Origin: an uncultured Chloroflexia bacterium
GTDB lineage: Bacteria > Chloroflexota > Limnocylindria > Limnocylindrales > CSP1-4
Direction of reading: 5' to 3'
NCBI GenBank assembly: GCA_963749705.1
Contig: CAVVNQ010000012.1
Coordinates: forward strand, 1 to 21,490
DNA: 21,490 nucleotides
The notes beneath the pieces are model-generated. The model was given only the letters and a program-made list of their open reading frames with translations, was not told the origin of the DNA and searched no databases. This document shows, one piece after another, positions 8,645 through 17,216 of this stretch. The number at the start of each line of letters is the position of its first letter. Positions within the stretch are counted from its first letter, which is position 1. The position numbers and the translations under genes are program-made.

Positions 8645-9535
8645 TTACACCCCCGCCGACGATGCGAGCCGCACCCGGACGACCTCGCCGGCATGGACGA
8701 GCCACGGCGTGCCGGACGCGGCCTGATCCCGGACCACGAGCGCGCCGCTGGTCGCGTCGACGCCGATCGCCATCAGCGCCACGCCGGCGTCCTGCCCGTA
8801 CCCCTCGAGCAGCACCAGTCGGTCCGTCGTCGCCTGCCGCTCGGTCCAGGTCGCGATGTCGAAGTACCCCGCGCGCAGGGCGTCGACCCGGCCCTCGAGG
8901 CGATCCACGAACCCTTCGAGCAGGGCACGCCGGTCGATCGGCCGCCCGCCCGACGCCGCGCGCAGGCTGGTCATCGTCGGCGCGAGGTCGGCCGGGAAGT
9001 CGGCCGGATCCCAGTCGGCGTTGATCCCGATCCCGACGACCACGCGCACATCGGGCGTTCCGAGCCCGTCGCTCTCACCCAGGACCCCGGCCAGCTTGCG
9101 CAGCTCGAGCGGCCCGGCCAGCCGCGCCGCCGCCTCGGCGGCGTCGACCGTGCCGGTGAGGAGCGCGTGCGGGCCGCGGATCTCGACCACGAGGTCGTTG
9201 GGCCACTTGAGCCGGATCGAGCCGACGGGCAGGCCGGCGGCATCCTCGGCCGCGTCGCACATCGCCAGCGCGACCGTCGCAGCCAGCCGCCACGTCCGGT
9301 CGGGGGCGAGCCAGTGGGGACGGAACCCGAGCGACGCCAGCAGCGCGGCTGCGGGTGGTGCCTGCCACGTCCGGTCATGGCGCCCGCGGCCCGCCGTCTG
9401 CTCATCGGCGGTGGCGAGGCAGACCTCGGGGGTTCCGCTCGACAGCCACCCGCGGACGATGTCGTTGGTCGAGCCGACGGTCGCGAAGTGCTCGACGCGG
9501 CTGAGCAGGGTGGTGGCGGGACGGGCGTCGGTCAC
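8645..9535 (-). CDS. birA: biotin--[acetyl-CoA-carboxylase] ligase without an N-terminal DNA-binding domain
   Basis: GSTN, EQTAGRGRHDRTW, KWPNDL, KLAGVL and VGIGIN motifs. GTG start. Confidence 0.93.
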   Translation of the reverse strand: MTDARPATTLLSRVEHFATVGSTNDIVRGWLSSGTPEVCLATADEQTAGRGRHDRTWQAPPAAALLASLGFRPHWLAPDRTWRLAATVALAMCDAAEDAAGLPVGSIRLKWPNDLVVEIRGPHALLTGTVDAAEAAARLAGPLELRKLAGVLGESDGLGTPDVRVVVGIGINADWDPADFPADLAPTMTSLRAASGGRPIDRRALLEGFVDRLEGRVDALRAGYFDIATWTERQATTDRLVLLEGYGQDAGVALMAIGVDATSGALVVRDQAASGTPWLVHAGEVVRVRLASSAGV

Positions 9536-9541
9536 TCGGGG

Positions 9542-10846
9542 TCAGCCGGCGGCCGCGCCGGCCGCCTCGATCGTCTCGGGCTGCTGGAGCTCGAATGCGG
9601 CGTGCAGGGCGCGGACTGCGTCCTCGATCCGGTCCTCGGCGATGATCGTGGTGATCCGGATCTCGGACGTGGAGATCATCTCGATGTTGATCCCGGCGTC
9701 GGCCAGGGTGCCGAACATGCGGGCGGCGTAGCCGGGCGCGTTCTGGATCCCGGCGCCCACGATCGACACCTTGGCGACCGACGAGTCCGTGGTCATGTCG
9801 CGGAAGCCGAGGTCATGGATGAGCGGCTCGAGGAGGCGCTTGGCCTTTGCCAGCTCGACCCGCGGGATCGTGAACGACAGGTCGGTCGCGCCGCCGTGGC
9901 CGACGTTCTGGACGATCATGTCGACGTTGATGCCGGCGTCCGCGAGGGGGCCGAACACGCTGCGCGCGACGCCCGGCTTGTCCGGGACCTCGACCAGCGT
10001 GATCTTGGCCACGTTGCGGTCGTGGGCGAGCCCCCGCACCTTGTTCCGCTGCTCCACGAGCGGGTCCTCCCTGATCTGCGTCCCGGGCGCGTCCTCGAAC
10101 GAGCTGAGGACCTCGATGATGACGTCGTTGACCCAGCCCAGCTCGACCGCCCGGGTCTGCATGACCTGGGCGCCCTGGTGGGCGAGCTCCATCATCTCCT
10201 CGTAGCCGATGACGGACAGCTGGCGGGCGTCCGGCTCGATCCGCGGGTCCGCGGTGTAGATGCCCTTGACGTCGGTGAAGATCTGGCATCGATCGGCGCC
10301 CAGCTGCGCCGCCAGCGCGACCCCGGTCGTATCGGAGCCCCCGCGGCCCAGGGTCGTGATCTCGGCCGCGTGGACGTCGCTGGCCGTGGGGCTCGCGTCG
10401 AGACCCCCGAGCGCGGCGGCGCTCATGCCCTGGAACCCGGCCACGATCACGACCTTGCCCGCCGCGAGCTCCGCGCGCACGCGCCGGGGGTCGATCCCTG
10501 CGATCCGGGCCCTGCCGTAGCGGCCGTCGGTGGTGATCCCGGCCTGGGGCCCGGTGAGGCTGATCGCCGGGACGCCCAGCGAGTGGAGGGCCATCGAGAC
10601 CAGCGTGGCGCTCTGGTGCTCGCCGGTCGAGAGCAGCACGTCCAGCTCGCGCGGATCGGGATCATCGGTGATCGCCGCGGCCAGGCCCAGCAGCTCGTCG
10701 GTGGTGTCGCCCATCGCGGACACGACCACGACCAGCTGCGATCCGTTCGCGCGCTCGCGCACGATCCGGCGCGCCACGCGCCGGATCCGCTCCGCACCGG
10801 CGACGGACGAGCCGCCGAACTTCATCACGACGAGGGGGTCGGACAT
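9542..10846 (-). CDS. lysC: aspartate kinase with C-terminal ACT domains
   Basis: MKFGGSSV, VVSAMGDTTD, TTLGRGGSDTT and TDVKGIYTADPR motifs, plus ACT repeats (INVDMIVQ, KVSIVGAG, INIEMISTSEI). Confidence 0.96.
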   Translation of the reverse strand: MSDPLVVMKFGGSSVAGAERIRRVARRIVRERANGSQLVVVVSAMGDTTDELLGLAAAITDDPDPRELDVLLSTGEHQSATLVSMALHSLGVPAISLTGPQAGITTDGRYGRARIAGIDPRRVRAELAAGKVVIVAGFQGMSAAALGGLDASPTASDVHAAEITTLGRGGSDTTGVALAAQLGADRCQIFTDVKGIYTADPRIEPDARQLSVIGYEEMMELAHQGAQVMQTRAVELGWVNDVIIEVLSSFEDAPGTQIREDPLVEQRNKVRGLAHDRNVAKITLVEVPDKPGVARSVFGPLADAGINVDMIVQNVGHGGATDLSFTIPRVELAKAKRLLEPLIHDLGFRDMTTDSSVAKVSIVGAGIQNAPGYAARMFGTLADAGINIEMISTSEIRITTIIAEDRIEDAVRALHAAFELQQPETIEAAGAAAG

Positions 10847-10853
10847 CGCGCGC

Positions 10854-10859
10854 ATTCTA
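10854..10859 (-). promoter_or_regulatory. putative -10 element (TAGAAT) of a leaderless lysC-acc-fab transcript
   Basis: TAGAAT lies 7 nt upstream of the lysC ATG with no Shine-Dalgarno in between. Confidence 0.6.
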
Positions 10860-11056
10860 GCGGAGGGTCGCCGCAGGACCCGCGGGGGGTCGGGTCGGCT
10901 CGTGGAGCGGGTCGGCGTGCCGGCGGCTCGCGGTGCCGGGTCGGGTTCGGCTCGTCGCCTCGCGCCGGGCGTCGGATGCCATTTGTCCGCCTGGCGGACG
11001 CAAGGTCAGCCGGTACGGGCGAACCGCCGGTGTTCCACGGCCCCGGTGCACCCGCC

Positions 11057-11256
11057 GGCATCGATCGCCTGCCAGATGCGCGCCAGGCGGCCATTGGCCA
11101 GCGTCTTCCCCGGCGAACGCTCGTGAGATGGACCTCTGTCAGCCCCGCGACCCCGGGGTCCGGCGGCGTGAGCACGGGCCGGGGAGGGAGCCCGATACTG
11201 CGGCCGCCGCCCAGGTCATTCCGCTCGCGTGGCGGCCATCTGGCAGGGATCGAGCC
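11057..11256 (+). ncRNA. candidate structured RNA, a ~200-nt rod-like hairpin (6S RNA-like)
   Basis: Nested stems read by eye: 11061-66/11248-53, 11068-78/11237-47 (perfect 11 bp), 11081-85/11230-34, 11086-92/11202-08, 11104-14/11178-88, 11119-25/11167-73 and 11130-36/11155-61. G-U pairs favour the + strand. Family identity is not established. Confidence 0.45.
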
Positions 11257-11400
11257 CGACGTCCCGGGGCTGGGCGCGGGCGACCGAGCCGCGCTCCCCG
11301 CGAGGCTCGAGCGGCCCTCGCGACGGATCGCGCCGATCGCGCGACAATCAGGTCCTCGGACCGGCGACCGTCCGCAACCCCACGACCAGAGGCGTCCCGC

Positions 11401-12165
11401 ATGTGCTTCGATCACGACTCCCGACCGCCGATCACGCCCATCGCCGGTGGCGCGCTTGACGCGCAGGCGATCGAGCTCGAGGCCGCGGACGGCAATCGGT
11501 TCGCGGCGTTCCTGGCTCGCGCTGCCGAGCCGACGGGTGCCGGCATCGTGATCCTGCCCGACGTGCGCGGACTCCACACCTACTACACCGAGCTCGCGAT
11601 GCGTTTCGCGGAGCACGGGATCGACGCGATCGCCCTCGACTACTTCGGGCGAACCGCGGGCATCGGCGACCGTGGCCCGGATTTCGGCTACCGGGAGCAT
11701 GTGCAGCAGACGAGGCTCCCCGGGCTCCGCGCCGACATCACGGCCGCCGCCGCTCACGTCCGCGCCGAGACGAGCCCGACGTCGCTGTTCACCGTCGGGT
11801 TCTGCATGGGGGGCCGCCTCGCCTACGTCACGGCCACCTTCGGGCTCGGGCTTGCCGGGGTCATCGGCTTCTACGGATGGCCGGTCGGCGAGTCGTACAA
11901 CGGCACGCCGGCGCCGGCCGAGGTCGCGGACCGCTTCGAGAGCCCGGTCCTTGGCCTGTTCGGCGGGGCCGACGAAGGGATCGGGCCCGATGCGGTTGCG
12001 GCGTTCGAGGGCGCGCTCACCTCGGCCGGGGTCGAGCATCGGATCATCACGTACCCGGACGCGCCGCACAGCTTCTTCGATCGCAAGGCAGATGCCTTCG
12101 CGTCCGCATCCGCCCAGGCGTGGGACGAGGTGCTCGGCTTCGTCCGCGGGCACTCGCGGTCCTGA
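11401..12165 (+). CDS. dienelactone hydrolase family protein
   Basis: MCFDHDSRPP start, ILPDVRGL, nucleophile motif GFCMGG, GGAD and HSFFD (Cys-Asp-His triad). Confidence 0.92.
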   Translation: MCFDHDSRPPITPIAGGALDAQAIELEAADGNRFAAFLARAAEPTGAGIVILPDVRGLHTYYTELAMRFAEHGIDAIALDYFGRTAGIGDRGPDFGYREHVQQTRLPGLRADITAAAAHVRAETSPTSLFTVGFCMGGRLAYVTATFGLGLAGVIGFYGWPVGESYNGTPAPAEVADRFESPVLGLFGGADEGIGPDAVAAFEGALTSAGVEHRIITYPDAPHSFFDRKADAFASASAQAWDEVLGFVRGHSRS

Positions 12166-12166
12166 G

Positions 12167-12427
12167 ATGGGCTTCCTGCGACGACTGGTCGGCGGCGGGC
12201 AAGAGCCCGATGCGGGGACGGACGCCGCCGCATCCGATGCGTCGGGCCAGGCGCCGGGCCCGGACGAGGACGAGATCGCCCGCAACCGCGAGCTGTTGCG
12301 CGAGGAGGCCGAACGGCTGGATGACACGCTCATCCAGCGCCAGCTTCGATATGCCGATCGGTCGTGGGTTCCGCCGACGCAGGGGGGCAGCCAGCGTTCG
12401 GGGGACGAGGGCGCGCCCGAGAGCTGA
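12167..12427 (+). CDS. small hypothetical protein (86 aa)
   Basis: ATG 1 nt after the dienelactone hydrolase stop. MGFLRRLVGG amphipathic start, a charged helical core and GC3-biased codons. Confidence 0.7.
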   Translation: MGFLRRLVGGGQEPDAGTDAAASDASGQAPGPDEDEIARNRELLREEAERLDDTLIQRQLRYADRSWVPPTQGGSQRSGDEGAPES

Positions 12428-12514
12428 GCGCTCGGCACAGGCTGGGCGAGCCGCGCCGGATCGCGCGCCCACGTGTCCGCGGCCGGAGGTCGCCGGCCCG
12501 CGTCCCGGTGGGTG

Positions 12515-12700
12515 CTACCGCAGGAGGATCCTCCAGCCGATCACGAGGACGGCCGCCACGGCGATGACCGGCATCGCCCCGGGCGGCAGCGCGGCCGCCA
12601 GCGCCGACACCATCCCGTGGAGCGCGTCGCCGATCGCCGCGAGCGACCCGCCCACCAGGCCCGTGATCCCGTCGCCGACCGCGCGAACCAGTCCGTCCAT
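12515..12700 (-). CDS. small hypothetical membrane protein (61 aa)
   Basis: Gly/Ala-rich helices and a hydrophobic C-terminus (VIAVAAVLVIGWRILL). Fills the gap between neighbouring genes and has GC3-biased codons. Confidence 0.65.
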   Translation of the reverse strand: MDGLVRAVGDGITGLVGGSLAAIGDALHGMVSALAAALPPGAMPVIAVAAVLVIGWRILLR

Positions 12701-12783
12701 CGGCCCGAAGTGTGGGACACGGCGTCAACCACCGCCCGTGTCGCCGGCCCGACGAGCAGAGCCGTTCGAATTCGCGCCTCATG

Positions 12784-12805
12784 CGCGCCCCGGGGCGCGT
12801 ACGCT
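12784..12805 (+). promoter_or_regulatory. 16-bp palindrome abutting a putative -10 box (TACGCT)
   Basis: cgcgccccggggcgcg (12784-12799) is immediately followed by TACGCT (12800-12805), 30 nt before ATG 12836. Confidence 0.35.
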
Positions 12806-12835
12806 GGGGCCAAATCCGATCGACGGAGAGGGACC

Positions 12836-13066
12836 ATGAAGGAACGGCTCATCGGCGAGGACCAGCTGCTGGTCACGGCGGACACGACCATCGGCGACGC
12901 GCTCTGGGACTGGGTCGCCGCCGACGCCGCCCGGCGAGCGCCGGATGGGTGGCGCATCGCCAACATCGGCGCGGTCGGGACCCAGGCGGGCGCACCGGCC
13001 GGCATGGCGTATGGCGCCGGCGCGGCGATGACCGGCGTCGCCATGTGGATCCTGTACCGACGGTGA
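12836..13066 (+). CDS. small hypothetical protein (76 aa)
   Basis: GGAGAGGG RBS and MKERLIGEDQLLVTADTT start. The stop overlaps the next GTG (GTGA). Confidence 0.72.
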   Translation: MKERLIGEDQLLVTADTTIGDALWDWVAADAARRAPDGWRIANIGAVGTQAGAPAGMAYGAGAAMTGVAMWILYRR

Positions 13067-13728
13067 CCACGCCCGAGCCGGCGGCCGATCGCGCCGCACC
13101 GCCCAGCGACCGGACGCGCGCCCGCCGCGTGCCCGACCGCGGCCGCTATGACCGGGCGACGATCGACGCCATCATCGACGCCGCGATCGTCGGTCACGTT
13201 GGCTGGGTCCTCGACGGACAGCCGTTCGTGACCCCGACCTCGGTCTGGCGCCAGGGCGACCGCCTGTACTGGCACGGCTCGAGGGCCAGCCGGATGCTGC
13301 GACAGACCGACGGCCAGGTGGTGTGCGTCACCGTCACCCACCTCGACGGCCTCGTCCTGGCGAGGTCCGGCTTCAACCACTCGGTCAACTACCGGGCCGT
13401 CATGGCGCTGGGAACGGCGCACCTGGTGACCGACGACGCGGAGGCAGACGCGGCGCTCGAGACGTTCATCGAGCATCTCTACCCGGGCCGCTGGGCGGAG
13501 CTGCGCCCGATCACGCCCAAGGAGCGCAAGGCGACCTCGGTGATGTGGATGGACCTGTCCGAGGCATCGGCCAAGATCCGCGCGGAGTTCAACCACGACG
13601 ACCCGGAGGACGAGACCTGGCCGACCTGGGCCGGCGTGATCCCGATGCGGACGGTGGTCGGCGAGGCCGAGCCAGATCCGCACGTGGCCCCCGGGACCCC
13701 GGTTCCCGAGGCGCGCATCCCCGGTTGA
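13063..13728 (+). CDS. pyridoxamine 5'-phosphate oxidase-like (NimA/flavin-binding split barrel) protein
   Basis: RGRYDRATIDAIID, GQPFVTPT, LYWHGSRASRM, DGLVLARSGFNHSVNYRAV and WAGVIP motifs. Confidence 0.9.
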   Translation: MTTPEPAADRAAPPSDRTRARRVPDRGRYDRATIDAIIDAAIVGHVGWVLDGQPFVTPTSVWRQGDRLYWHGSRASRMLRQTDGQVVCVTVTHLDGLVLARSGFNHSVNYRAVMALGTAHLVTDDAEADAALETFIEHLYPGRWAELRPITPKERKATSVMWMDLSEASAKIRAEFNHDDPEDETWPTWAGVIPMRTVVGEAEPDPHVAPGTPVPEARIPG

Positions 13729-13781
13729 TCCGCTCGAGCGGCCCCTCGCCGGTCGCGGGCGCGTGAGCGGCCCCCGCCGGC

Positions 13782-14759
13782 TCAGCCGGCCACGACCTCC
13801 GGTCCGTGGTTGCGGGGCGTGACGATCGCCGTGCGTCCGGCCAGCCCGCAGGCCGCCGCCTCCGCGCGGAAGGCCGCCTCCACCGGGCCGCCGTCCACGC
13901 CGGGCGCGATGAACGCGAGGACCGTCGACCCGGCTCCTGACAGGAACGCGCCCAGTGCGCCGGCCTCGCGCGCGGCGCCCGTCAGCCGTGGCAGCTCCGG
14001 ATACGACACGGCTCGATACGGCTCATGCAGCCGGTCGACCGCGAGGTCCGCGAGCAGGTCGAACCGGCCGCTGGCGATCCCGGCGACCCCGATCGCAACC
14101 CGGCCCAGGTTCTCGACGGCGTGGCGCAACGGGACATCCGTCGGGAGCACCTTGCGCATGACCTCGGTGGACAGCCGCCGATCGGGGATGAACAGCACGC
14201 AGCGAAGTCCGGCCGGCGCGTCGAAGCGCACCGCTGCCACGCGGTCCACGAGGTGCGCCGAGACCACGAACCCGCCGAGCAGCACGGCCGCGGCGTTGTC
14301 GGGGTGCGTCTCGATCATGGTGGCGACCTGGAGCAGCGCATCCGGCGCCAGCGCGTCTCCGACCAGGGCGTTGCCCGCGGCCGCGCCGCCGACCGTCGCC
14401 GCGGCGGACGAGCCGAGCCCGCGCGACAGCGGGATGTCGTTGTGCATCGACACCCGCCAGCCGATGGCCGGCGGCCGCGGGCCAAGGCAGGTCTCGAGGA
14501 CGCCCTCGAGGCCGGCGATGAACCGGTTGTCGCGGGTCGCGGGCAGCTCGCCGGCGCCCTCGCCCCTCACCTCCAGCTCGATCGCGCCCGGCCCGCGGGC
14601 GTCCTCGACGGCTTCGACGGTCACCCGGTTGGTCAGCTCGAGCGCGAGCCCCAGGCAGTCATAGCCGGCCCCGAGGTTGGCGGACGACGCGGGGACGTCG
14701 ATCGTGAGACGGCGACCGACCAGCGCCGCCCAGGACGCGGCCGCCGGGATCGCCGGCAT
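13782..14759 (-). CDS. thrB: homoserine kinase
   Basis: VPASSANLGAGYD, PLSRGLGSSAAA (GHMP motif), HPDNA, LHEPYR and LSGAGST. GAGGTG RBS. Confidence 0.95.
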   Translation of the reverse strand: MPAIPAAASWAALVGRRLTIDVPASSANLGAGYDCLGLALELTNRVTVEAVEDARGPGAIELEVRGEGAGELPATRDNRFIAGLEGVLETCLGPRPPAIGWRVSMHNDIPLSRGLGSSAAATVGGAAAGNALVGDALAPDALLQVATMIETHPDNAAAVLLGGFVVSAHLVDRVAAVRFDAPAGLRCVLFIPDRRLSTEVMRKVLPTDVPLRHAVENLGRVAIGVAGIASGRFDLLADLAVDRLHEPYRAVSYPELPRLTGAAREAGALGAFLSGAGSTVLAFIAPGVDGGPVEAAFRAEAAACGLAGRTAIVTPRNHGPEVVAG

Positions 14760-14769
14760 CGGTGCCACC

Positions 14770-15854
14770 TCAGAGCCAGCCCAGCGCGCGGCCCACGCCA
14801 ACGACGGTCGGCTCGGCCTCGACGACCTCGACCGTGAGCCCCGCCTCGGCGGTCGTCGGATCCTTGAGCCCGTTGCCGGTGAGCACGCACACGACGGAGG
14901 CGTCCGCGTCGAGCTCACCGCGCCTGGCCGCGTTCGTGACGCCGGCGACCGAGGCGGCCGATGACGGCTCGCAGAACACGCCCTCGAGCCGGGCCAGCTC
15001 GCGGTGGGCCGCCAGGATCTCGTCGTCGGACACGGCGTCGATCCGGCCACCGGAGGCGTCGCGCGCGTCGGTCGCCAGCGTCCACGACGCCGGATTGCCG
15101 ATGCGGATGGCGGTGGCGACGGTCTCGGGGTGCTCGATCGGATGCCCGGCGACGAGCGGCGCGGCGCCCGCGGCCTGGAACCCCCACATCTGCGGCACGG
15201 ACGTCGCCAGCCCCGCATCGCGATACTCGCGGAACCCGCGCCAGTAGGCGCTGATGTTGCCCGCGTTGCCCACCGGGATCGCGAGCACGTCGGGTGCGTG
15301 GCCCAGGTCGTCGACGACCTCGAACGCCGCGGTCTTCTGGCCCTCGAGCCGGAACGGGTTCACGGAGTTGACGAGGGTGACCGGGTGGTCGTCCTGTTCG
15401 GAAAGCGCCCGGACGACGCGCAGCGCCGCGTCGAAGTTGCCGCTGACCGAGATCACGCGGGCGCCGAACACCATGGCCTGGAGCAGCTTGCCGACGGCGA
15501 TCTTGCCGGCGGCAGCACGACCACGCACTCGAGCCCGGCGGCGGCGGCGTAGGCGGCGGCCGATGCCGAGGTGTTGCCGGTGGACGCGCAGATCACGCTC
15601 CCAGCCCCGGCCTCGAGCGCCTTGGCGACGGCCAGGACCATGCCCCGGTCCTTGAAGCTCCCGGTCGGGTTCTGGCCCTCGATCTTGAGGTGGAGGTTGC
15701 GCAGCCCGAGCGACGCGCCGAGGCGCTTCGCGTGGACCAGCGGGGTTGCGCCCTCGCCCAGCGAGACCACCGGCGTCGCGTCGGTGACCGGCAGGAACGA
15801 TCGGTAGCGGTCGACGAGTCGCGGGCGGGCGGCGGGCGCTGACGGCATGTCCAT
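14770..15854 (-). CDS. thrC: threonine synthase, with a 1-bp frameshift near 15511-15513 as sequenced
   Basis: The N-half ([31 protein letters not shown]) lies in ORF 15453..15968. The C-half ([43 protein letters not shown]) lies in ORF 14770..16176. The join reads CTG CC GCC GGC AAG. Confidence 0.9.
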
Positions 15855-15859
15855 CGGCC

Positions 15860-16981
15860 TCAATCTGACACGGGGTAGCAGGCGCCCGACGGCGCGGCGA
15901 CGCATTCTCCGGCCAATGGTCGCACGGGGATCCCCGTCCACTCGGTCGCCGGGGGCAACCCGGCCCACGTCGATCCGAGGCCGCGGGCGATCGCGACCAG
16001 GTCGCCCAGCACCGCGGACGCGGTCGCCGGGCCGCCGGCGCCGGGACCCTCGAACGCGACCCGGCCAACGGGCGCCGCATCGACCTCGATCCGGTTGAGC
16101 ACGCCGTCACAGCGCCCGAACGGCGAGTCGGTGGGCACCGCGCTGGGCACGACCGATGCCTCGAGGGCGCCGTCATCGGCCACGCGGGCGGTCGCGATCA
16201 GGCGGACGATCCGGCCCTCGGCTGCCAGCGCCGCGACGTCGTCCGCGGTGACGCCCGTGATCCCGGGCTGGCCGGCGGCGCCGGTGATGGTCCCCGGCCG
16301 GCCGTCGATCGCGTCGGGCGCGATCCATGCGCCAAACGCTAGGCGGGCGAGGATGACGAGCTTGTTGACCGCATCGAGGCCTTCGACATCGGCGGTGGGA
16401 TCCGCCTCGGCATAGCCCCGCGCCTGGGCGTCGGCAAGCACCAATTCGTAGTCCCGGCCCTCGCGCGCCATCGCGGTCAGGATCAAGTTGGTCGTGCCAT
16501 TGACGATCCCGCGAACGCGCGCGATCCGGTTCGCGGACAGGTCGAGCGCGAGCGGTCCGAGCACGGGGATGCCGCCCCCGACGGCCGCCTCGAAGCGGAA
16601 CGACGCGCCGGACGCCCGCGCCGCCTGCTCAAGCTCCGGGCCGTGGTGCGCGACCAGGTGCTTGTTGGCGGTGACCACGGGCCGCCCGTTCGCCAGCGCG
16701 GCGTGGACGAGCGTCCGGGCCGGCTCGGCGCCACCCATCAGCTCCACCAGCACGTCGATCTCGGGGCTCGCGACGAGGTGGGCCGGCGCGTCGGTCAGCA
16801 GCGCCTCCGGGATCCCCGCGGCAACCGCCTTCGGGACGTCTCGCACGGCCACCCCCGCGAGCACGAGCGGCGCACCATCGGAGGGCGCCAGGCGCGGCGA
16901 TGGCTGGAGCAGGGCGCGGATGACCTCGCGGCCGACGGTCCCGGCGCCGATCACGCCGACGCGGACGGGGGCGACGTTCAC
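15860..16981 (-). CDS. hom: homoserine dehydrogenase with no obvious C-terminal ACT domain
   Basis: [46 protein letters not shown] and [13 protein letters not shown] motifs. GTG start at 16981 is uncertain. Confidence 0.93.
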   Translation of the reverse strand: MNVAPVRVGVIGAGTVGREVIRALLQPSPRLAPSDGAPLVLAGVAVRDVPKAVAAGIPEALLTDAPAHLVASPEIDVLVELMGGAEPARTLVHAALANGRPVVTANKHLVAHHGPELEQAARASGASFRFEAAVGGGIPVLGPLALDLSANRIARVRGIVNGTTNLILTAMAREGRDYELVLADAQARGYAEADPTADVEGLDAVNKLVILARLAFGAWIAPDAIDGRPGTITGAAGQPGITGVTADDVAALAAEGRIVRLIATARVADDGALEASVVPSAVPTDSPFGRCDGVLNRIEVDAAPVGRVAFEGPGAGGPATASAVLGDLVAIARGLGSTWAGLPPATEWTGIPVRPLAGECVAAPSGACYPVSD

Positions 16982-17058
16982 GACCGCTGGCTGCCGGGAG
17001 CGGGCGGGTGGGCGTGGAGCGACGGCGTTGCAGGCGCGGGGATCAGCAGGTTGGGCAT
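16978..17058 (-). other. 26-codon upstream ORF coupled to hom ([26 protein letters not shown])
   Basis: The ATG lies 8 nt after a TACGAT -10-like box (17067-17072). Its TGA overlaps the hom GTG (GTGA). Confidence 0.4.
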
Positions 17059-17202
17059 CGGGGCGCATCGTATCGTCCCGAGCGCGGCGAGCGCGATGCA
17101 AGCGGCGGACTGGCGGCGGAACGGGCGGTGCGACCGGGGGAACCGCGGACCGCCCGGCGGGCTGGCCGCTCGTCGCGGGCCCGATGGGCATCGGCGCTCC
17201 GC

Positions 17203-17208
17203 TACACT
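17203..17208 (+). promoter_or_regulatory. putative -10 element (TACACT) of leaderless trpS
   Basis: 8 nt before ATG 17217 with no Shine-Dalgarno. Confidence 0.55.
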
Positions 17209-17216
17209 CGCCCGCA

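Noticed and set aside
10860-11400. Lysine or SAM riboswitch upstream of lysC
   Set aside because: The conserved aptamer motifs are not recognisable; ggagggagcccgat only loosely resembles SAM-I and is on the wrong strand. lysC also appears leaderless.
8693-11551. 952-aa + strand ORF, and similar long ORFs at 4235..6763 (+) and 18370..21357 (-)
   Set aside because: These are antisense shadows of clear genes. Stop codons are rare in high-GC DNA, and the translations are Arg/Gly/Pro-rich with no recognisable motifs.
11305-13749. gctcgagcggccc(c)tcgc at 11305 and 13732 as att-like direct repeats flanking the dienelactone hydrolase to flavoprotein block
   Set aside because: The same 13-mer occurs inside birA (~9103), such matches are expected by chance at this GC content, and there is no integrase or tRNA nearby.
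17059-17216. T-box or classical thr attenuator in the hom/trpS divergent region
   Set aside because: No T-box consensus, no Thr/Ile codon run and no U-tailed terminator.
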